From Callorhinchus milii (Eukaryota): a stretch of 64,000 nt of DNA. Positions 1-14,224 of this stretch are shown here, one piece after another. A program made the translations under genes and the position numbers. The stretch covers positions 108,254,001-108,318,000 of the forward strand of contig NW_024704742.1 in assembly GCF_018977255.1 (NCBI RefSeq). The letters are read 5' to 3'. The notes below the pieces were generated by a model. That model saw nothing but the letters and a program-made list of their open reading frames with translations, was not told where the DNA came from and did not search any database. Numbering within the stretch: the first letter of the stretch is position 1; every line of letters begins with the position of its first letter.

Positions 1-509
1 TGCCTAGGTAGGATACACATTTGCTGATTTTAATTTATCTATACTGGACATACTATACCTGACTGAAGCAGCAAGGAGATAACATGTCCTACTTTGCTAA
101 CAACTTGCCGATCTTTTATATGCCACAACCTATTTTTTCCTAAGTAGCAAATCTGAATGCTGGCTCCTAATCTATGGATCCACAGGGAAGGTTGGTGTCA
201 CTGATAGTATGGTTTTCAAGGGAGGCCACCCTACGTGATGTCAATCTATGAGATCTCTGACCTTGGGGAATCCCAAATGGAGTTTAGAGCTTCTGTGGCG
301 ATGGTACTCAATTCCAAATGCAATAAGCAATTTACACTCACTAGAGTGTTCAATAATCTAACATTCAAAGAAAACATAGAAATGTCCATCCCATAATGTA
401 TATGCTAAGCAGTGGGACACAAAGGAAGAAGTACTGGTGGAAAGTGCCATGTTTAATGCAGTGAAGACTGGGCAATCTGACTCCTTGGAGTAACATGTGT
501 CACACCACT

Positions 510-1000
510 ATTTAAGAAGGGTGGAAGAGAAAAGATGGGGAACTATGGACCAGTTAGTCTGACATCGGTAGTAGGGAAAATTCTAGAATCCTTAATGAAG
601 GACGTTGTAGTGAGATACTTAGAGGATCACAATATGATTAGACAGAGGAGGATCCTTATTTAAGATGTTACATTCCCACACTTTCCACAAAAGGATGTAC
701 TCGCCTTGGACGGGGTACAACGTAGATTCACTAGGTTGGTACCTGGGATGAGGGGGATGAGTTATGAGGATAGGTTGAGCAATTTAGACCTATATTCTCT
801 AGCATATAGAAGAACTAGAGGTGATCTTATAGAAACATATAAGATTATAAAGGGGCACGACAGAATAGATAATGGGAGACTTTTTCCCCTGGTTGGAGAA
901 ACTATAACCAGGGGTCACAGTCTTAAAATTAGGGGTAAGCCCTTTTGCACTGAGTTGAGGAAACACTTTTTCACTCAGAGGATAGTGAATTTATGGTATA
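510..1000 (+). mobile_element. CR1 LINE ORF2 fragment, internally deleted
   Basis: NY.PVSLTSVVGKILES-like segment at ~540-590, then ORF 706..1017 with VQRRFTRLVPG, RGDLIETYKII and TRGH motifs typical of the CR1 C-terminus. Confidence 0.88.
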
Positions 1001-3009
1001 TGACCTTTGCACCATAACATTTCCTATTAATGCAAGAGTGAATAATAACAGCAATGAAGTGAAAGTTGTAACGTGAGCACCAGTAGACATGAAACGGTCA
1101 CTAAGAGGTAGCAATTTGACATGGATGTCTGATAGTCACTGGTTATCCTCTAACCTCTAATTATTATTATTAAAGGCTCCAAACTTAAATGCGACATTAA
1201 TTTTACACTTCTCCATGTCTGACTGTAGGAGTGAGGGCTAATTATAATCATTAAGAAATAGAAACTAGTGGTCCGATGAAGTTTAGAGATAGCGTTGGGA
1301 AAAGTGGTGTTTCCTAGATGGGATTTGGCAAGGGATAGTGCTGAGGTACTAGTTGGGGAATTTCAAGTCTTAAAATAATGTCCATTCTACAAAGGAAGCT
1401 GCCATTGTTGTCAATTATGCTGATTCACTAAATACAATTTACTATCACAACCATCAGAGTCGTGCATAGTCAATCCACTTTACAGTATATTCTGTGAAGT
1501 GCTTTGAGACGTCTCAATAACGTGATAATATATTATTATAAATTGCTCAGCCTTTAGAGAAAGAGACTGCTTATTGTAGGGGAACATCCTAGTATTTCTT
1601 CTATGAGATCTGGTTCAATTAACTGGTTCAATAAAATATTTATTTAAATTACAATAATTAAACATGTGTCAAGTGACTCTTGGTTCATCACCACTGAATT
1701 ATCTCATCAAGGCACAATTGGTAAAATAACTCATCAATTGGGGGCATGTCTCTATTGGACATGAGAAAATCACATCAAAGACTGATCTGGTCACATCAAT
1801 GACCAGGTCAATTTTTATATTTTTAGCTTCGACTGGCTGAAAAAACAGACTTTTGAGATGAACGTCAGCTATTTATTTTGGATTTAACTGCTTCCAAAAT
1901 AGATGGTGGGACACATGAGAAAGTGTTCTACAAGACTCGCCTTTGTTTTTTTAAAAGGAGTTGAATAAGAAGTATGGAATACATTGGAAAAACATGCTGG
2001 CCTAGCGAAGCTGGAAGTATTATAGACCTGTCGGCAGTCCAAGGAATTAAATACATTTGAGGAGCTTGCTTAAAAAAGTGTAAATTTATTGTAAAATTTT
2101 CAAAACCATAATCATACATAATCTAATTTATGGCAATTTGTAACAAAATTCTTCACTCAGGAAACCAAAACAGCATTATGCCAAGAGTCACGTGACTTGT
2201 GGGGTAAACGTCTGTTAAAACTCGCATTCCTTAGCAATCGCATTAGAAATTGGAACATATTAGAGCCCCCCCATTAATAATCATTTATAATCATAACTCT
2301 TTTGCATACAATTTTTTTTGTTTTTTGAAATTGTAGCATATTGCCTGCCTTATATAGTCTGTTAAATGTACCTCTTACATATTCACTGCTGTAGAATTGT
2401 AAGTGGATGCACATATAAAAGCCATATCCTATTTTAAAAATCCCAAAAGGCTTTGTCATTTTTTTTGGAGAGGTGTAATCTGTCTTGTCTGTCACATTGT
2501 ATTCAGTAGCAATTGAACACAAAGTAAAAGACAACCAATGAATCATAAAGCAAAGAGACAAAACTACAAAGTGTGTAAGAGATGGGTAGATGATGACCTT
2601 GAATACTAGATATAAGGCACAGTGGTATTTAGTTGGAAATTCTTGCCTTACAAGTTGAAGCTTAATTCTTTATTTGACTATTTAGCTTACTCAAGTCTGG
2701 ATTACTACCCTGCAGCGCAAGTCTTGTTGTAAGTGATCGCATACCTGAACTGAATTCAGAGTTTTGGATAACCTCATCAGACCTCGCAGCATAAAAATGA
2801 CTATAAAAATAAACCACACTAGTTAATGTTGCTTTTTCATTATCCTATGTAGGAGTCCCAAGGGCACCTATTGCTTGAAGAAGGGAAATATATCTAAAGC
2901 TGGCATTTGCATGTTATTCGATACATAACTTGCACTTCTAAATACAGACCATAGATGAGTTTACTGGGAAGCTATCTGGAGCAAGGCTGCTACATTCAGG
3001 CCCTACATT

Positions 3010-3680
3010 AAGCTCACAGTCTAAGATCACACTCCAGGACAGTACTGGGAGAGTGCTGCAATATCATTCATCAATGGCACATGAAACCGAGGTTTCGGAC
3101 TTTTCGGACGTGAAGATCTCATGACATTATTTGAAAAGAGAAGGGCGTTTCTTTTGGTATCCTGGTCAATATTCCTCAATAACCTCACGTCTGTTAGTGG
3201 GGCAAATTGGCTGCTGTGTTTGCTTACAATTACATACACTTGATACCAATTGTCTGTGAAGCAGACATTTTCACCTACATAATAATAATCCTTGCATTTG
3301 ATATAGTGCCTTATCATGTTGTTGAGACGTCTCAAAGAGCTTCACAGGTATACTGTAAAGTGGATTGATTGTGCAGCAATGTCCCACAAACAGCCATGAA
3401 GTAAGTGACCAATTTTATTTGGGGGATAGTTGGTCAGGAAGACCAGGAGAAACTCCCTTCTCTTTTTGAATTGTGCCATGGGATACTTAACATCCACCTG
3501 AATAGGCAGATGGGACCTCAGTTTGTCGTCTCCTCTGAAGGACAGCACCTTCAACAATGCATCATACCCCAGGACTGCATTGGAGTGCCAGCTTAGACAA
3601 TGTGATTCCAAGTCCCATGTGGAGCTTGAACCCACAACTTTATAACTCAGAGGTGTGAGTGCTACCCCTGCGTCAGGCTA
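3010..3680. mobile_element. Tail-to-tail pair of Deu-domain SINEs (+ ~3010-3275, - ~3280-3680)
   Basis: Deu-like core gaagatctcatgacattatttgaaaagagaagg...tcctggtcaatatt on +, its reverse complement at ~3430-3500, and an L2-like tail with (TTA)n. Confidence 0.75.
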
Positions 3681-3869
3681 CATGCTTTATTATAAATGTA
3701 AGTATTATCATCTTGTCTGGAACAGGAAAATTCTCAGATGGATATCTGGGGACAACAATTGAAACTCTGAGCTGCTGTAGTTGAATCCATAAAAGATATT
3801 AACAAGCTGGAATACTAATAATATCAATTGATATGAGCAGGTGAATAATATAAGGACGATAATTATCCT

Positions 3870-4200
3870 TCAGGAAGTCCTGGACCAATTTAGTAGATTG
3901 GAGAAGCACTGCTTGATGGATTTTATAAATAAATGCAAGGTAATGAATATTGAAACAAGAAACCGTGAACGTGCACAAAAATCAACAAATTTCCATTTAG
4001 CAGAGATGAATGAGGAAAACGACTTGGATGTGATTATTGATGATTCACTTAAGGTTTTCAGTCAGTGTGAAGCTACTATCAAAGATAATCAAATACTAGG
4101 TTTAATTTTGAGTCTATTTGGCAACAAGTCAAAGAGGTCATTCTAACTTTCTACAGCTAATCGGTCAGGCCACATGTTGAACACTGTGTTCAACTTGAGA
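3870..4200 (+). mobile_element. Old CR1 ORF2 fragment
   Basis: Degenerate KCKVM, E.DL.VIIDDSLK...QC and RPH.E.CVQ motifs. Confidence 0.65.
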
Positions 4201-4239
4201 CATCCTTCCTTCAAAGGACTTGGAAACTTCTTCCCACAT

Positions 4240-4557
4240 TAACCCTCCAAGCCAAAGCCCTAAGAGATAGATTGGTCCTAACTGCAGTGGGAAAGATCAC
4301 CAGACAGTGCTTTCAATGGCAAACTAATGCACACTCTGGGGTCCCTAAGATTTAGCTCTTACCAATCTGCACCTAATACTTTCTGGATTTAGGTAAGCAG
4401 AATACGTCCCTCCCTCCAAGGATAGAGTGCGTATTCCATTCCAATAAACATCTTTAGGATTTCCATTTATAGGTGGGATGCATGGAACTCTGTTTGGTTT
4501 GGATACTCTTAAGTATGGTGATGGCTTTCCGCATGTGTCAGACACCTGGCTGACCTA
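4240..4557 (+). repeat. Unclassified structured repeat, copy 1
   Basis: Shares ccctccaaggatagagtgcgtattccattccaata...ggtgggatgcatggaactctgtttggtttggatac with the 55.0 kb and 63.4 kb copies. Confidence 0.8.
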
Positions 4558-4659
4558 AAAAGGTATATTCTCAAAGAGAAAGATCTTTATGGTACAGAAC
4601 ACATTAAAATTCAATCCATCTGCTAATGCAAGATAAAGAGCATCTTTAAAAATATTTGG

Positions 4660-5040
4660 AACCGTGGAAATTTACAGCTCAAAAGGCTCTCATTCAGCCC
4701 ATCATGTTTTGAAAAAACAATCCATTCAGTACCTTATAACTGACTTTTCCCTGACCATTGCATGTTATTCTTATTTAGATATCCATCCAGTTTTCTCTTG
4801 AAAGCTAATATGAATCCTGCTTCCATGCCTGCACCTGGGACAACAATCAGCATCCTAACAACTCTATGTAAAAAAGAAGATTCTGCTAATCTCCCCCTTT
4901 GTTACTTTGCTAACTAAAATTGAAGCTCTCTGATCACTTGCTCTCACCAACTAGTGGAAATAATTTCTGCCTATCTATTTTATTAAAACCCATCATCACC
5001 TTTATCAGACCTTCCCTCAACTTTTTCCCAGAAATAGCTT
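4660..5040 (-). mobile_element. Decayed CR1 3' end
   Basis: Reverse complement of CR1 3' ORF/UTR-like sequence (aggc...ttcagcccatc, atccagttttctcttgaaag, acaactct). Confidence 0.6.
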
Positions 5041-5065
5041 ACACTTAACTCTTTCATTTGACAGT

Positions 5066-5380
5066 GGAGTCCTGTAGCTCAGTGGTTAGAGCACTAGCTT
5101 TGCAAGTGAGAGACCTGAGTTCAATTCCAGGCAGAGGGCGAAACCTTGGGCATGTTTCCTTACTCCACACGCCTAATAATAATCCCTCCAAAATAACAAA
5201 ACAATAATAAATTAGTCATTTTCAATCCACGACTGTTTATGGGACATTGCTGTGCGCAATTGGCTGCCGCGTTCGCCCACAAATATACAGTCAATTCACT
5301 TTACAGTATACTCTGTGAAGCGCTTTGGGACGTCTGGAAGACGTGAAAAGCGCTATATCAAATGCAAGGATTAATATTAT
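5066..5380 (+). mobile_element. tRNA-Ala(TGC)-headed SINE, short variant, full length
   Basis: A box tagctcagtggttaga, anticodon loop tttgcaa, B box gttcaattcc, CORE-like accttgggca.gt, L2-like tail ending in (TTA)n. An antisense Deu-SINE remnant follows at ~5380-5625. Confidence 0.92.
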
Positions 5381-5912
5381 AGCATATCGTATCATGTAAG
5401 CATCTCAAAGCAATTGATAGTATTATTATAAAGTATTATATAAAGTGTGACTGTGCATTTGTTGGCAAATGTGGCAACCAATTTTGCCCACAGCAATGTC
5501 CTACAAAGAGCCATGAAGTGAATAACCAATTTTATCCAAGGAATTGTTAGCTAAGACACCAGGAAAAACTCCCTTCTCTTTTCAAAAAGTTGCTATGGAA
5601 TATTTAATGTCCTCCTGCACTTACTGGAAGACATTGAAAAAGACTTGGACAACATAAAATCCCCAAAGTGACTAAAATGATGGCAATTTCCTACGACAGC
5701 AAAAACAACAGTGTGACTTAAGTTCCTCTCATTACGAACTGGCAAGTCTAAGATATGAGTGCCTTTTTCCATCAGGCAGGAACCACGTGGGTGATGGCAT
5801 AATGTTTAGCATTACAATATCCTAGCACTATTTTTTTTAATGTCCAGCAAACATTACCTTCTGGTGCTTGCAGTGCTTGCAGTCAGCAGTGTGTAGAGGT
5901 TGAGAAACTCCA

Positions 5913-5990
5913 CATTATTATTAATAATAATTATTAATAATATTAATATTAATTTTTTATTTTTATTAATAATAATGTTAATAATAATTT
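5913..5990. repeat. AT-rich low-complexity tract with a palindromic core
   Basis: attattattaataataat followed by further (TAA)/(TTA) runs. Confidence 0.8.
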
Positions 5991-6633
5991 CACTACACAG
6001 GAACATATACTCTCAGTCATGGTTAATTGAAAAGGTAATGTTTCTTGAAACAAAATAATGTCAGCAAAGGAATGGTATGAAAATGATTAAATAAAAGCCA
6101 AATTGTATTACATTACATTGTACCAGTTTATTTAATAAAAAAAATGCAGAAAGGATTCTTTTTCATTTCTATAATTTAAAGCGGTCGCAAACATCCCTTT
6201 TTACTAAGTGCCAAATTAATGGAAAGAACACAACTGCAAACAAAATATGGATGAGATTATTGCTAAATCCCGTACATGATTCATTTTTAAGTTCAATTCA
6301 AGGAACTTACTGCAGCTGAGCATTCCTTCAGCTTGTATCCAGCTGATTAAGCTTACCAGTTTCCATTCTCAGAGGTATAATCATGCGGTCTAAGTATTAA
6401 TAAATAATGCTGTTCTGTACAGTATACTGATACAATTCTTCTCTCACCTTAAATTCAGCTGAACCCTGCTTAATGCAAGTCATCAATACAGTCTAATCAT
6501 ATGTACTATCAAATCCAAAAGGAGATTTATCACCTTCACAGAATACAGTGATATTGACCAAAACAATGAGTCACAGCTCAGCAAACTTAACAAGGTGTGC
6601 ATTCAAGTCATTTTTTTGCACACCAGCATTTAA

Positions 6634-6720
6634 TCAGGTACTTGAAACATTCAATACAGCTTCCACTTCTGTCACTGGCTTGTCATACAACATCCTACAG
6701 GCTGATGGTAAACCAGGAAC
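6634..6720 (-). CDS. Possible terminal exon (VPGLPSACRMLYDKPVTEVEAVLNVSST*)
   Basis: ttgtag acceptor with a weak pyrimidine tract, phase-0 compatible with exon I. A minus-strand AATAAA lies at 6132-6127. Could be chance; the gene may instead continue beyond the left edge. Confidence 0.25.
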   Translation of the reverse strand, partial: VPGLPSACRMLYDKPVTEVEAVLNVSST

Positions 6721-8104
6721 CTACAAGCATATGTATGAGTTCTGCTAATTAAAGAATTGATTTATTGTGTGCAGTTTTAAATTAGTTGCTATTGTGAATT
6801 TAATGTTCAGATAAAATATTCTGCCCACGACGCTAGCCTAGCTTCTAAGTTGTAATTCATTTTCTTTTGAGTTTCATCACACAAACTACAGGCTAATAGT
6901 TAACCCTATACTTTTAAAGGGAACAAAATCTTAAATAAAAACAGAGGAGATTAAGCAATTCAATAATTTGATTTCTCTGCCAAATTTATCCATGTCCGAC
7001 CGGCTTTAGTGGAATGTTTCCTAGGTTTTTGTTTTAGTTTATCTCTTGCCTATCAATTACTACTTTGAAAGAGAGATTCTAATGGCTTAAAACAGCAGAA
7101 AATGCATCTCCAGCTGCCTTAAAATAAAGCAAGATCCTGGGAAAGTCCAACCCCACACTCCCCTTGCCATCACCATCTGTCCTTTTTGGATTAATGGCAT
7201 TAATGGTATTAACTACTAATACTAGACTGGTAGCTACAGAAGCTTTACCTATACCAATGACAAAGGGTCATAATTACAGTTACACCAAGATACCCCCAGT
7301 TCTATCTTAGTATTTACATTATTTTACAATAGGCTACCATGGTTCAATCATTGTACTTGTGCTAGTAGAGTTAAATTTAGTTAAAGAAATACTATATTCA
7401 ATTGGAAATTATTATTGGAAACCCATCCATATTTAGGAATCCCTACCAAGTGATCAAGAGATGACATTATACTGAACAGCTGATCTCTAGTATTTAGAGA
7501 TGAGATATGACAAGATGAATTGGAACTAAGCCCCTGTTTTTAAGCACTAGACACAGACACATTTTTCTTTTGAATCAAATGTCCCAAAGCTTGACTGAAT
7601 ATAAATATCATGCTCACATATGGCCTTTATTGTTCATAGTGTTCAATGGTTACCCATGGTACAGCATGCATTTATGGATTCATTTTCAACATAAATCCCT
7701 TCCCACAGCTCTCTTCACATCAAATAAAAATGATATGGCTGGTTCCTGGTCCACAGAATGCAGATGGTGTCCACAAGTTCCAACACTAGCTGTGCACAAC
7801 AATAATGTAACAATGCATTGACAATAATAGTAAATTTTGTGTTTGATTATAATTAACATTGAAGTACATTTTAAATTTCTCATGAAATTCAGATGCTTAT
7901 TTAAATAATCAGATAAAACCTCATATTGAGTTGGGTAAATTCTATTGTCTGAAAGCTCTTCAACAGCTGTAAATGTTGCAAAGCACATAAAATTACACAA
8001 ATAGTTTTGGTATTCAATCCCTTCTGGAACCAATTTGGATTGTAATAAAATTCGCATATATGCAACTCTGATATACATTTCTGATACACAACTCTGCTAC
8101 ACAT

Positions 8105-9183
8105 GAAGTTAGTGCAGTTGATGTGGTTTATATGGATTTTCAAAAGGTATTTCATAAAGTGCTACATAAGAGTCTTGCAAGCAAAATTCAAGTCCACGGT
8201 ATTAAAAGGACAATAGCAGCATCGATACAGAACTGGATGGGAGACAGAAAGCACAGAGTAGTGGTGAACAGTTGTTTTTCTGACTGGAGGAAAGTGTGCA
8301 GTGGTGTCCCTCAGGGGTCAGTATTGGGACCACTGCTCTTTTTGATCCATATAAATGACCTGGACTTGGGTATAGGGAGTACAATTTCCAAGTTTGCAGA
8401 TGATACTAAGCTAGGAAAAGTAGTAACCAGTGAGGAGGACAGTAACAGACAGCAAATGGAAATAGGCAGACTGGTAAAATGGACAGACACGTGGCAGATG
8501 AAGTTTAATGTGGAAAAATGTGGGAGGAAGAATGAGGAGAGGCAATATAAGCTGATGGTACAATCTTAAAGGGGGAGAAGGAACAGAGAGACCTGTGGGT
8601 TCAGATAAGTAAGTAATAAGTGCGTAATAAGTACTGTGTTCAGTTCTGGGCACCACACTTTAGGAAGGATGTCAAGGCATTGGAGAGGGTGCAAAGGAGA
8701 TTTACCAGGATGGTACCAGGAATGAGGGACTTCAGTTATCAGGAGAGGCTAGAGAAACTAGGATTATTCTCCTTGGAGCAAAGAAGGTTAAGAGGCACTT
8801 TAATAGAAGTTTTCAAAATTATGAGGGGATTCAATATGGTGAACAAGGGGAAACTATTAGAAACTGGTGGGTGGGTCGGTACCTGAGGCACTGATTTAAA
8901 ATACTTGTTAAAAGAAACAGAGGGGAGGTGAGGAGAAATTGTTTTTTTTACACACACAGCATGTTGTTTGAATCTGGAATACATTGCCTGAAAGGGTGGT
9001 GGAAGCTGATTCGATAACAACTTTTAAGAGAGAAGTAGATAATTATTTGGGGAAGACAAATTTGCAGGGCTATAGGGAGAGCGCGGAGGAGTGGGATTGA
9101 ATTGGATAGCTGTATTCAAAGTGCTGGCACAGACACGATGGGCCGAATAGCCTCTTTCTGTGCTGTATAATTCTATGATTCTA
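8105..9183 (+). mobile_element. 5'-truncated CR1 LINE with 3' UTR
   Basis: ORFs 8123..8569 (YMDFQK, SGVPQGSVLGPLLF, KFADDTKL) and 8620..8886 (YCVQFWAP, LERVQRRFTRM); ends ttctatgattcta. Confidence 0.95.
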
Positions 9184-9894
9184 AGCTAATATCAGGCAGT
9201 GGTGCCCAGCCTCAATTTTTTTCCAGTTTGGTCATTATATGCAAGTTTGTTATAAGCAACATATGTTGTCTCCATCAATTTATTCTTCTTCAGTAAATCC
9301 CCTTATAAATTCACACTGACAAAGACCTAGAAGTTACAGATCAGCAGAGAATAAAATCCTCTTGTCCACAAAGCTCTAGTAAATTTACCGACCTTTAGAA
9401 AATGACCCCAAATCTGTTATTTATAATGGTGTTTGATAGGGATTTCATTTTGACTGTAGTTGCTGTAGTATTCTCTCTATTTTCAAGAGGGAGTATTATT
9501 TTTAAATAAAGTATATTTTCTAGACCAGAGTCTACAAATTGCATTCAGAAATGCCAAAGTCTTGCTGTCCTTTTTCGCATATACTCAGAGCCCAATTTGG
9601 AATTGACATCCACTCACTCACTCAGTTCTGTGTGGTTGAGCGGGTAGGGTTTGGTTGTGGCATATTATGATTATTGGTCAAGGTATCAGTCAGGCGAGAC
9701 TCAAAAGTTCCTGCTCAGCTTTCTATTTGATAAGCACAGTCATCAGACTGGGCTTGACTCAAAGAAACTGTGTTGAGCGGTGAGTAATGAGGTAGAGGAG
9801 AGCTACAGCTCCACAGCTCTAGGATGATAATAATAGGCTAAAGGTCTGAAGGGTGTGAGTGAGCTAGAGTGGGCACAAGGAATATCTGCACTAC

Positions 9895-10270
9895 AAATGA
9901 AATACTAAACTGAGATCCCACTTGTCTGTTACAATGTTCAGCTGGATGTTAAAGATCCCATGGAATTATCTCAAAAAGCCACAATCAATTCTCCCAGATC
10001 CTGGCCAGTACTCCTCCCTCAGCCTCCCTCAAATCCGGCAAAAAGAAGATAGTTATTTAGTTATTCATCTGATTGACTCTTTTTGTAGGATTTTACTGAT
10101 GCAGATTATCTGTTATTTTTTAGATAGACAAATGTAACAGATAATCCTTACATTTGATATCGCCCCTTTCATATCAGGAGGATGTCTCAAAGTGCTTCTA
10201 ATAATTTACTGCAAATTGTATATGACGGTATTTTATAAGCAAACATCACACAGCAATGTCCCCAAATCAT
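9895..10270. mobile_element. Deu-SINE remnant (+) followed by an antisense SINE tail
   Basis: gatgttaaagatcccatgg...tcctggccag core; ataatcctt..atttgatat tail on the minus strand from ~10141. Confidence 0.6.
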
Positions 10271-11224
10271 GAAGTGAAATACCAATTGTAACCTGAACTA
10301 CACTGAAAAATAACTCATTGTGTGAACCACTTTGAGAAGTTTTGATAAAATAACTTGCCTTATGTAATCAGGTATTAGTGCATTTTAATGATTAGGATGA
10401 TGATAACAGAAACTGCAGGTATTAACTGGCAAAGGGAGTGAAGGGATTGAGTATGTGTGAGGGGGAAAAGTCCAGGTCACAGTGGGTAAAAGAATGGGGG
10501 CTGGGGGGAGGTAAAAATAAGGGGGTTAATACGATGAAACGATGAGATTGGGAAATTAACAAATAAAAGTAGTTGATGAAAAGGAGAAAAAATAGACATT
10601 TGTTAAATTAAAGAATCATGAGTAAGGCCTGAAAAAGTGGGAGATATGGAAATATTCACCAAAAGTACTCATAATTAGTCCACACACAAATCTGATCTGC
10701 GATGTTTAGGTGTATATGAAGACTGTTTTGCAGAATTGGTTTTACTACACGGTATTAAACCGTGCTGTTGTAAACTGGCCCTCTGAATTCCGAATCTGTA
10801 TTCCAATTCTGAGGTATTGTATAACAGAGAACTTCAATGCCAGCTGGTATAGAAACTGGAAATATCATATTGCTGCTATAGTAGTGAATAACATTAAGGC
10901 ATTAGGGGGTTATGCTCTGTGGTCAACTTGTGCCTTACTTGTACTTAGCTTAAGCAGAAAAATCACACACACACAAAAATTAGTTCCTCCCAAGGTAGCT
11001 TTAATTTTAATTCAAACAGAATCCGTAAAATAATCGATCAGATTTGGTTATGCCAAAAGCTAGCAAAATATACTGCTTTAAGAGAAGATATAATTTGGGG
11101 CCTATGAAACTCTTCTTGCATAAAAACAATATTGTACCCCAAACAATGTACAATTGATTTGAGGATGTTTGTTCAACAACTCCTAAACAGCTGCAAGAGT
11201 CCACACAAAAGAGAATGCACTCAC

Positions 11225-11455
11225 CCATGGAGCAGATGGCATGATCAATGTGAGGGTCAACAGATCCGTACAGCATTCTTCCAGTGATTGGTTACATCTG
11301 CCCGCGTGATTCAGCAGCCTAGCATAGATGACATTTGGGAGGATGTGACGGGCATACTCATGGGACTCTTGACCTGGTGCAAGAATGAGACTCAGCGTAT
11401 GTTTGATGGCATTTAAGTGTCTGTATAACCTGCTGAGTTTTGATTCCAGGGCACT
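11225..11455 (-). CDS. Exon I (SALESKLSRLYRHLNAIKHTLSLILAPG...CCTDLLTLTLIMPSAPW)
   Basis: ttttttatttcag acceptor, TGG|gtgagt donor, 231 nt, phase 0 to 0; lies within track ORF 11183..11527. Confidence 0.92.
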
Positions 11456-14224
11456 CTGAAATAAAAAAACAGTAAAGCTATTTGAAACATAAATAAATTT
11501 GAAGGGCTGGGGCTGGTCTGGAGCCAAAACTCAATCCCAGATTGTCTCAAACCAGGTGCCTGCAAAGGCCAAGTCCTTTGGCTCCAGCTGAAATTTCTTA
11601 TTGACAATATAGCTGAGTTGCTGTTATTTGATGAGTAACAAAATGGATCACCGCCTCAGCAACCACTCGACAAGTTTTCATGAGCCAACTATGAATAGAC
11701 ATGTGTACCCTTAATGATTAATTAATACAGACATGAAAATATTTTCTTTTTAAAACATGAATTCCAATTATAAGCACACATCGCAAGTGGTCACTAAATT
11801 TATAGATAAGCATAGAATAAACATAGAATAATATGCGCTCACTGTGAAAGGTCAGTATATTTACCATCAATGGGAGAATAACCCTAATATTTAATTGGTG
11901 ACCCATTTTGCAGCTTAAAAGTTCATGCACTTAACATTTCAGGAGGTTATTTCATGATTATCAGCAACTCTGTCTGTCAGTTTATGATAATGTAGTTTGA
12001 AGATGAATACGGATGACTTTTCCTACTGTTTTTTGATCCTTTCAGCAGCTGCTCCCTCACATACTCCAGAGTCTTGCTGTTTGTTGTTTCTCTTGTATTT
12101 GTATTACTAATTAGGTACTATTAATCAATACAAGGGGCATCTTTGTGCTATCCATAAAGGTTGCTAGATTTGCGATTTTAAATTAACTTTGATAAGCATC
12201 TTACCCACAACCTTCGATAAGAGTCTTACCCACAACTGTAATCTATCTTGTTCATAGCTAATACTTTCCTACTCACTATTTCTAATGTCATTTTAAGACA
12301 CCAAGAGCTGCAGGTTTTGAATTAGACTCTTGTTTTAAGCTCTTGAAGGCAGGCTTATTTCGAAAAGGTTGATTTAGGACACATCTGTGCTTCAGGAAAT
12401 TAAGCCATCTGAAATTAACCATCCACTACCAGATTCAGGATGAATTATATTTACAGATATGAAGGAATGCAAACCAAAAAAAAGGATAAAAGCCCATGGA
12501 CCACTGTATTTTGTTTAACTTTGCAGCAGTGAGAGAGGAAAGCGCAGAAATTTTAGACTCATGTGCTCTTCATTACTGAAGACTTGTGAACAATTTGTAA
12601 CTAGGGGCCATCTCTCACTGACCTCCGTGGTTGGGTATTTGATCTTTATCACTCAGTCTGGAATGAGTTTAGCTGTGTAATTATCACACATGGCACTAAT
12701 GTCTGTTTAACCTTTTTACTTAAAAACACTAAATTCTAAAAAGTAAACCCCACATTACTGTCAGAGCATTGGTGGTGTGGCATTTTCTTTTTTTTAGTAG
12801 CTTTAATGTGGTTTTCAACAAATATTTGGCTTTGCAGAGGCCTCCTGCCCTATCTTGTGACTGGTGCGTGAGCCCAACGGAGGTTGTGCACTCATACACA
12901 GAGGCTTGTGGTCTATTGGAGGGCCTCCCGTCCTGTATCCCCCCTAACCTGTGATAGGATAAGGCACAAAGCCACAGTGCAGCCCTCCAGTAGATCAGAA
13001 GCCTCAGTGGTGCATCTAAGCATGTGCACCCAACTTCTGCTGAGTGTCTGCACTTGTGGTCCGGGAGGACCTATACCTAACTAGCCACTCTGGATACCTT
13101 GTTGCTGAGAGCTTTTCCCTTGGAGTGATGAGTCATTAGGAATTTGTTATAACTTTAGAAATAACTTTTTTTTGAAAAGCTTACAATCGGGTGATTGGCC
13201 TTCTGTTTCAGGCCTCCATTTTTATGTGTTTCTAAGGCCTGGGTGTAGAGATCTTATATCCTATAACCAAACTTTCACCTCTCAGTACTTTCAGCAAGAG
13301 TCAGCAATGGAATACTAGATCATGTTTTTATACCAAAGCCTCAGAAATGCAAAGACTGCAGCCCTACTCAGCAGATTGGCTATCTTGTAATAAAGCAATT
13401 TTAATAAATACATTTTTGCAAATAAGTATTTTCTTTTAAAGCCTATTCATGAGATGAACATTCAAGGCTAAGACCATTGGTGGGCCTTATTATGGCCTTA
13501 TTCATGGCTTTTATATCTTTGTACTATATGTAAAACATTGTGCAAAAGGTTAGAATATAGGATGCTTTACCAAATGGTCACTGAAGCTGAATCCTTAACA
13601 ACATTTAAAAGGTATTAGAATAGTGTACACAAAACAAGCAGAAGATTAGGAGAAAAGCAGATAGTTTCAGTGGAGGAGCATAGATCATAAGGAAAAAAGC
13701 AGGAGAATAGGATTAGAGCAGATATCTCCAGTGGGGGAAAGTGGCAGAAACGCAACAACAACTTGCATTTAACATAGCATCCTTCATGCAGGGTAGCATC
13801 TCAGAGTGCTTAACAATGATGCAATTTGAAAACAGGTCAAATAGTCTCTTTCTAGGAACAGTAAGTCATTAAGCTTGTTGAGTCTATTCCACCATTTTCT
13901 TGGATCAAATGTTTGTCCCATTTTCTCACCTTTTCTTATTATATCTTAATACCCTTCAGTGCTGTAAACATTCTAATAGCCTTCATGACATAATCATTTG
14001 TATTCAATGATAGGTTTAAACAATCATAGAGAAAATGTATTCATTTGAAAATTCTTAATTGCATTTATACAGCACCCTTTACATATAGCACACTAAAGAA
14101 TTCAGTCAAGTTCACATCATGTTGTCTATTGTTATAACCTGCATAATGTTATACTGGCGGCTAATCTGGGCCTTGCTTGGTATGTTTTGTACACATTTGA
14201 GTATTGTTATAGCCGTATAATGTT

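Noticed and set aside
7686..8078. 130-aa minus ORF
   Set aside because: AT-rich, no convincing donor, and the acceptor phase is incompatible with exon I.
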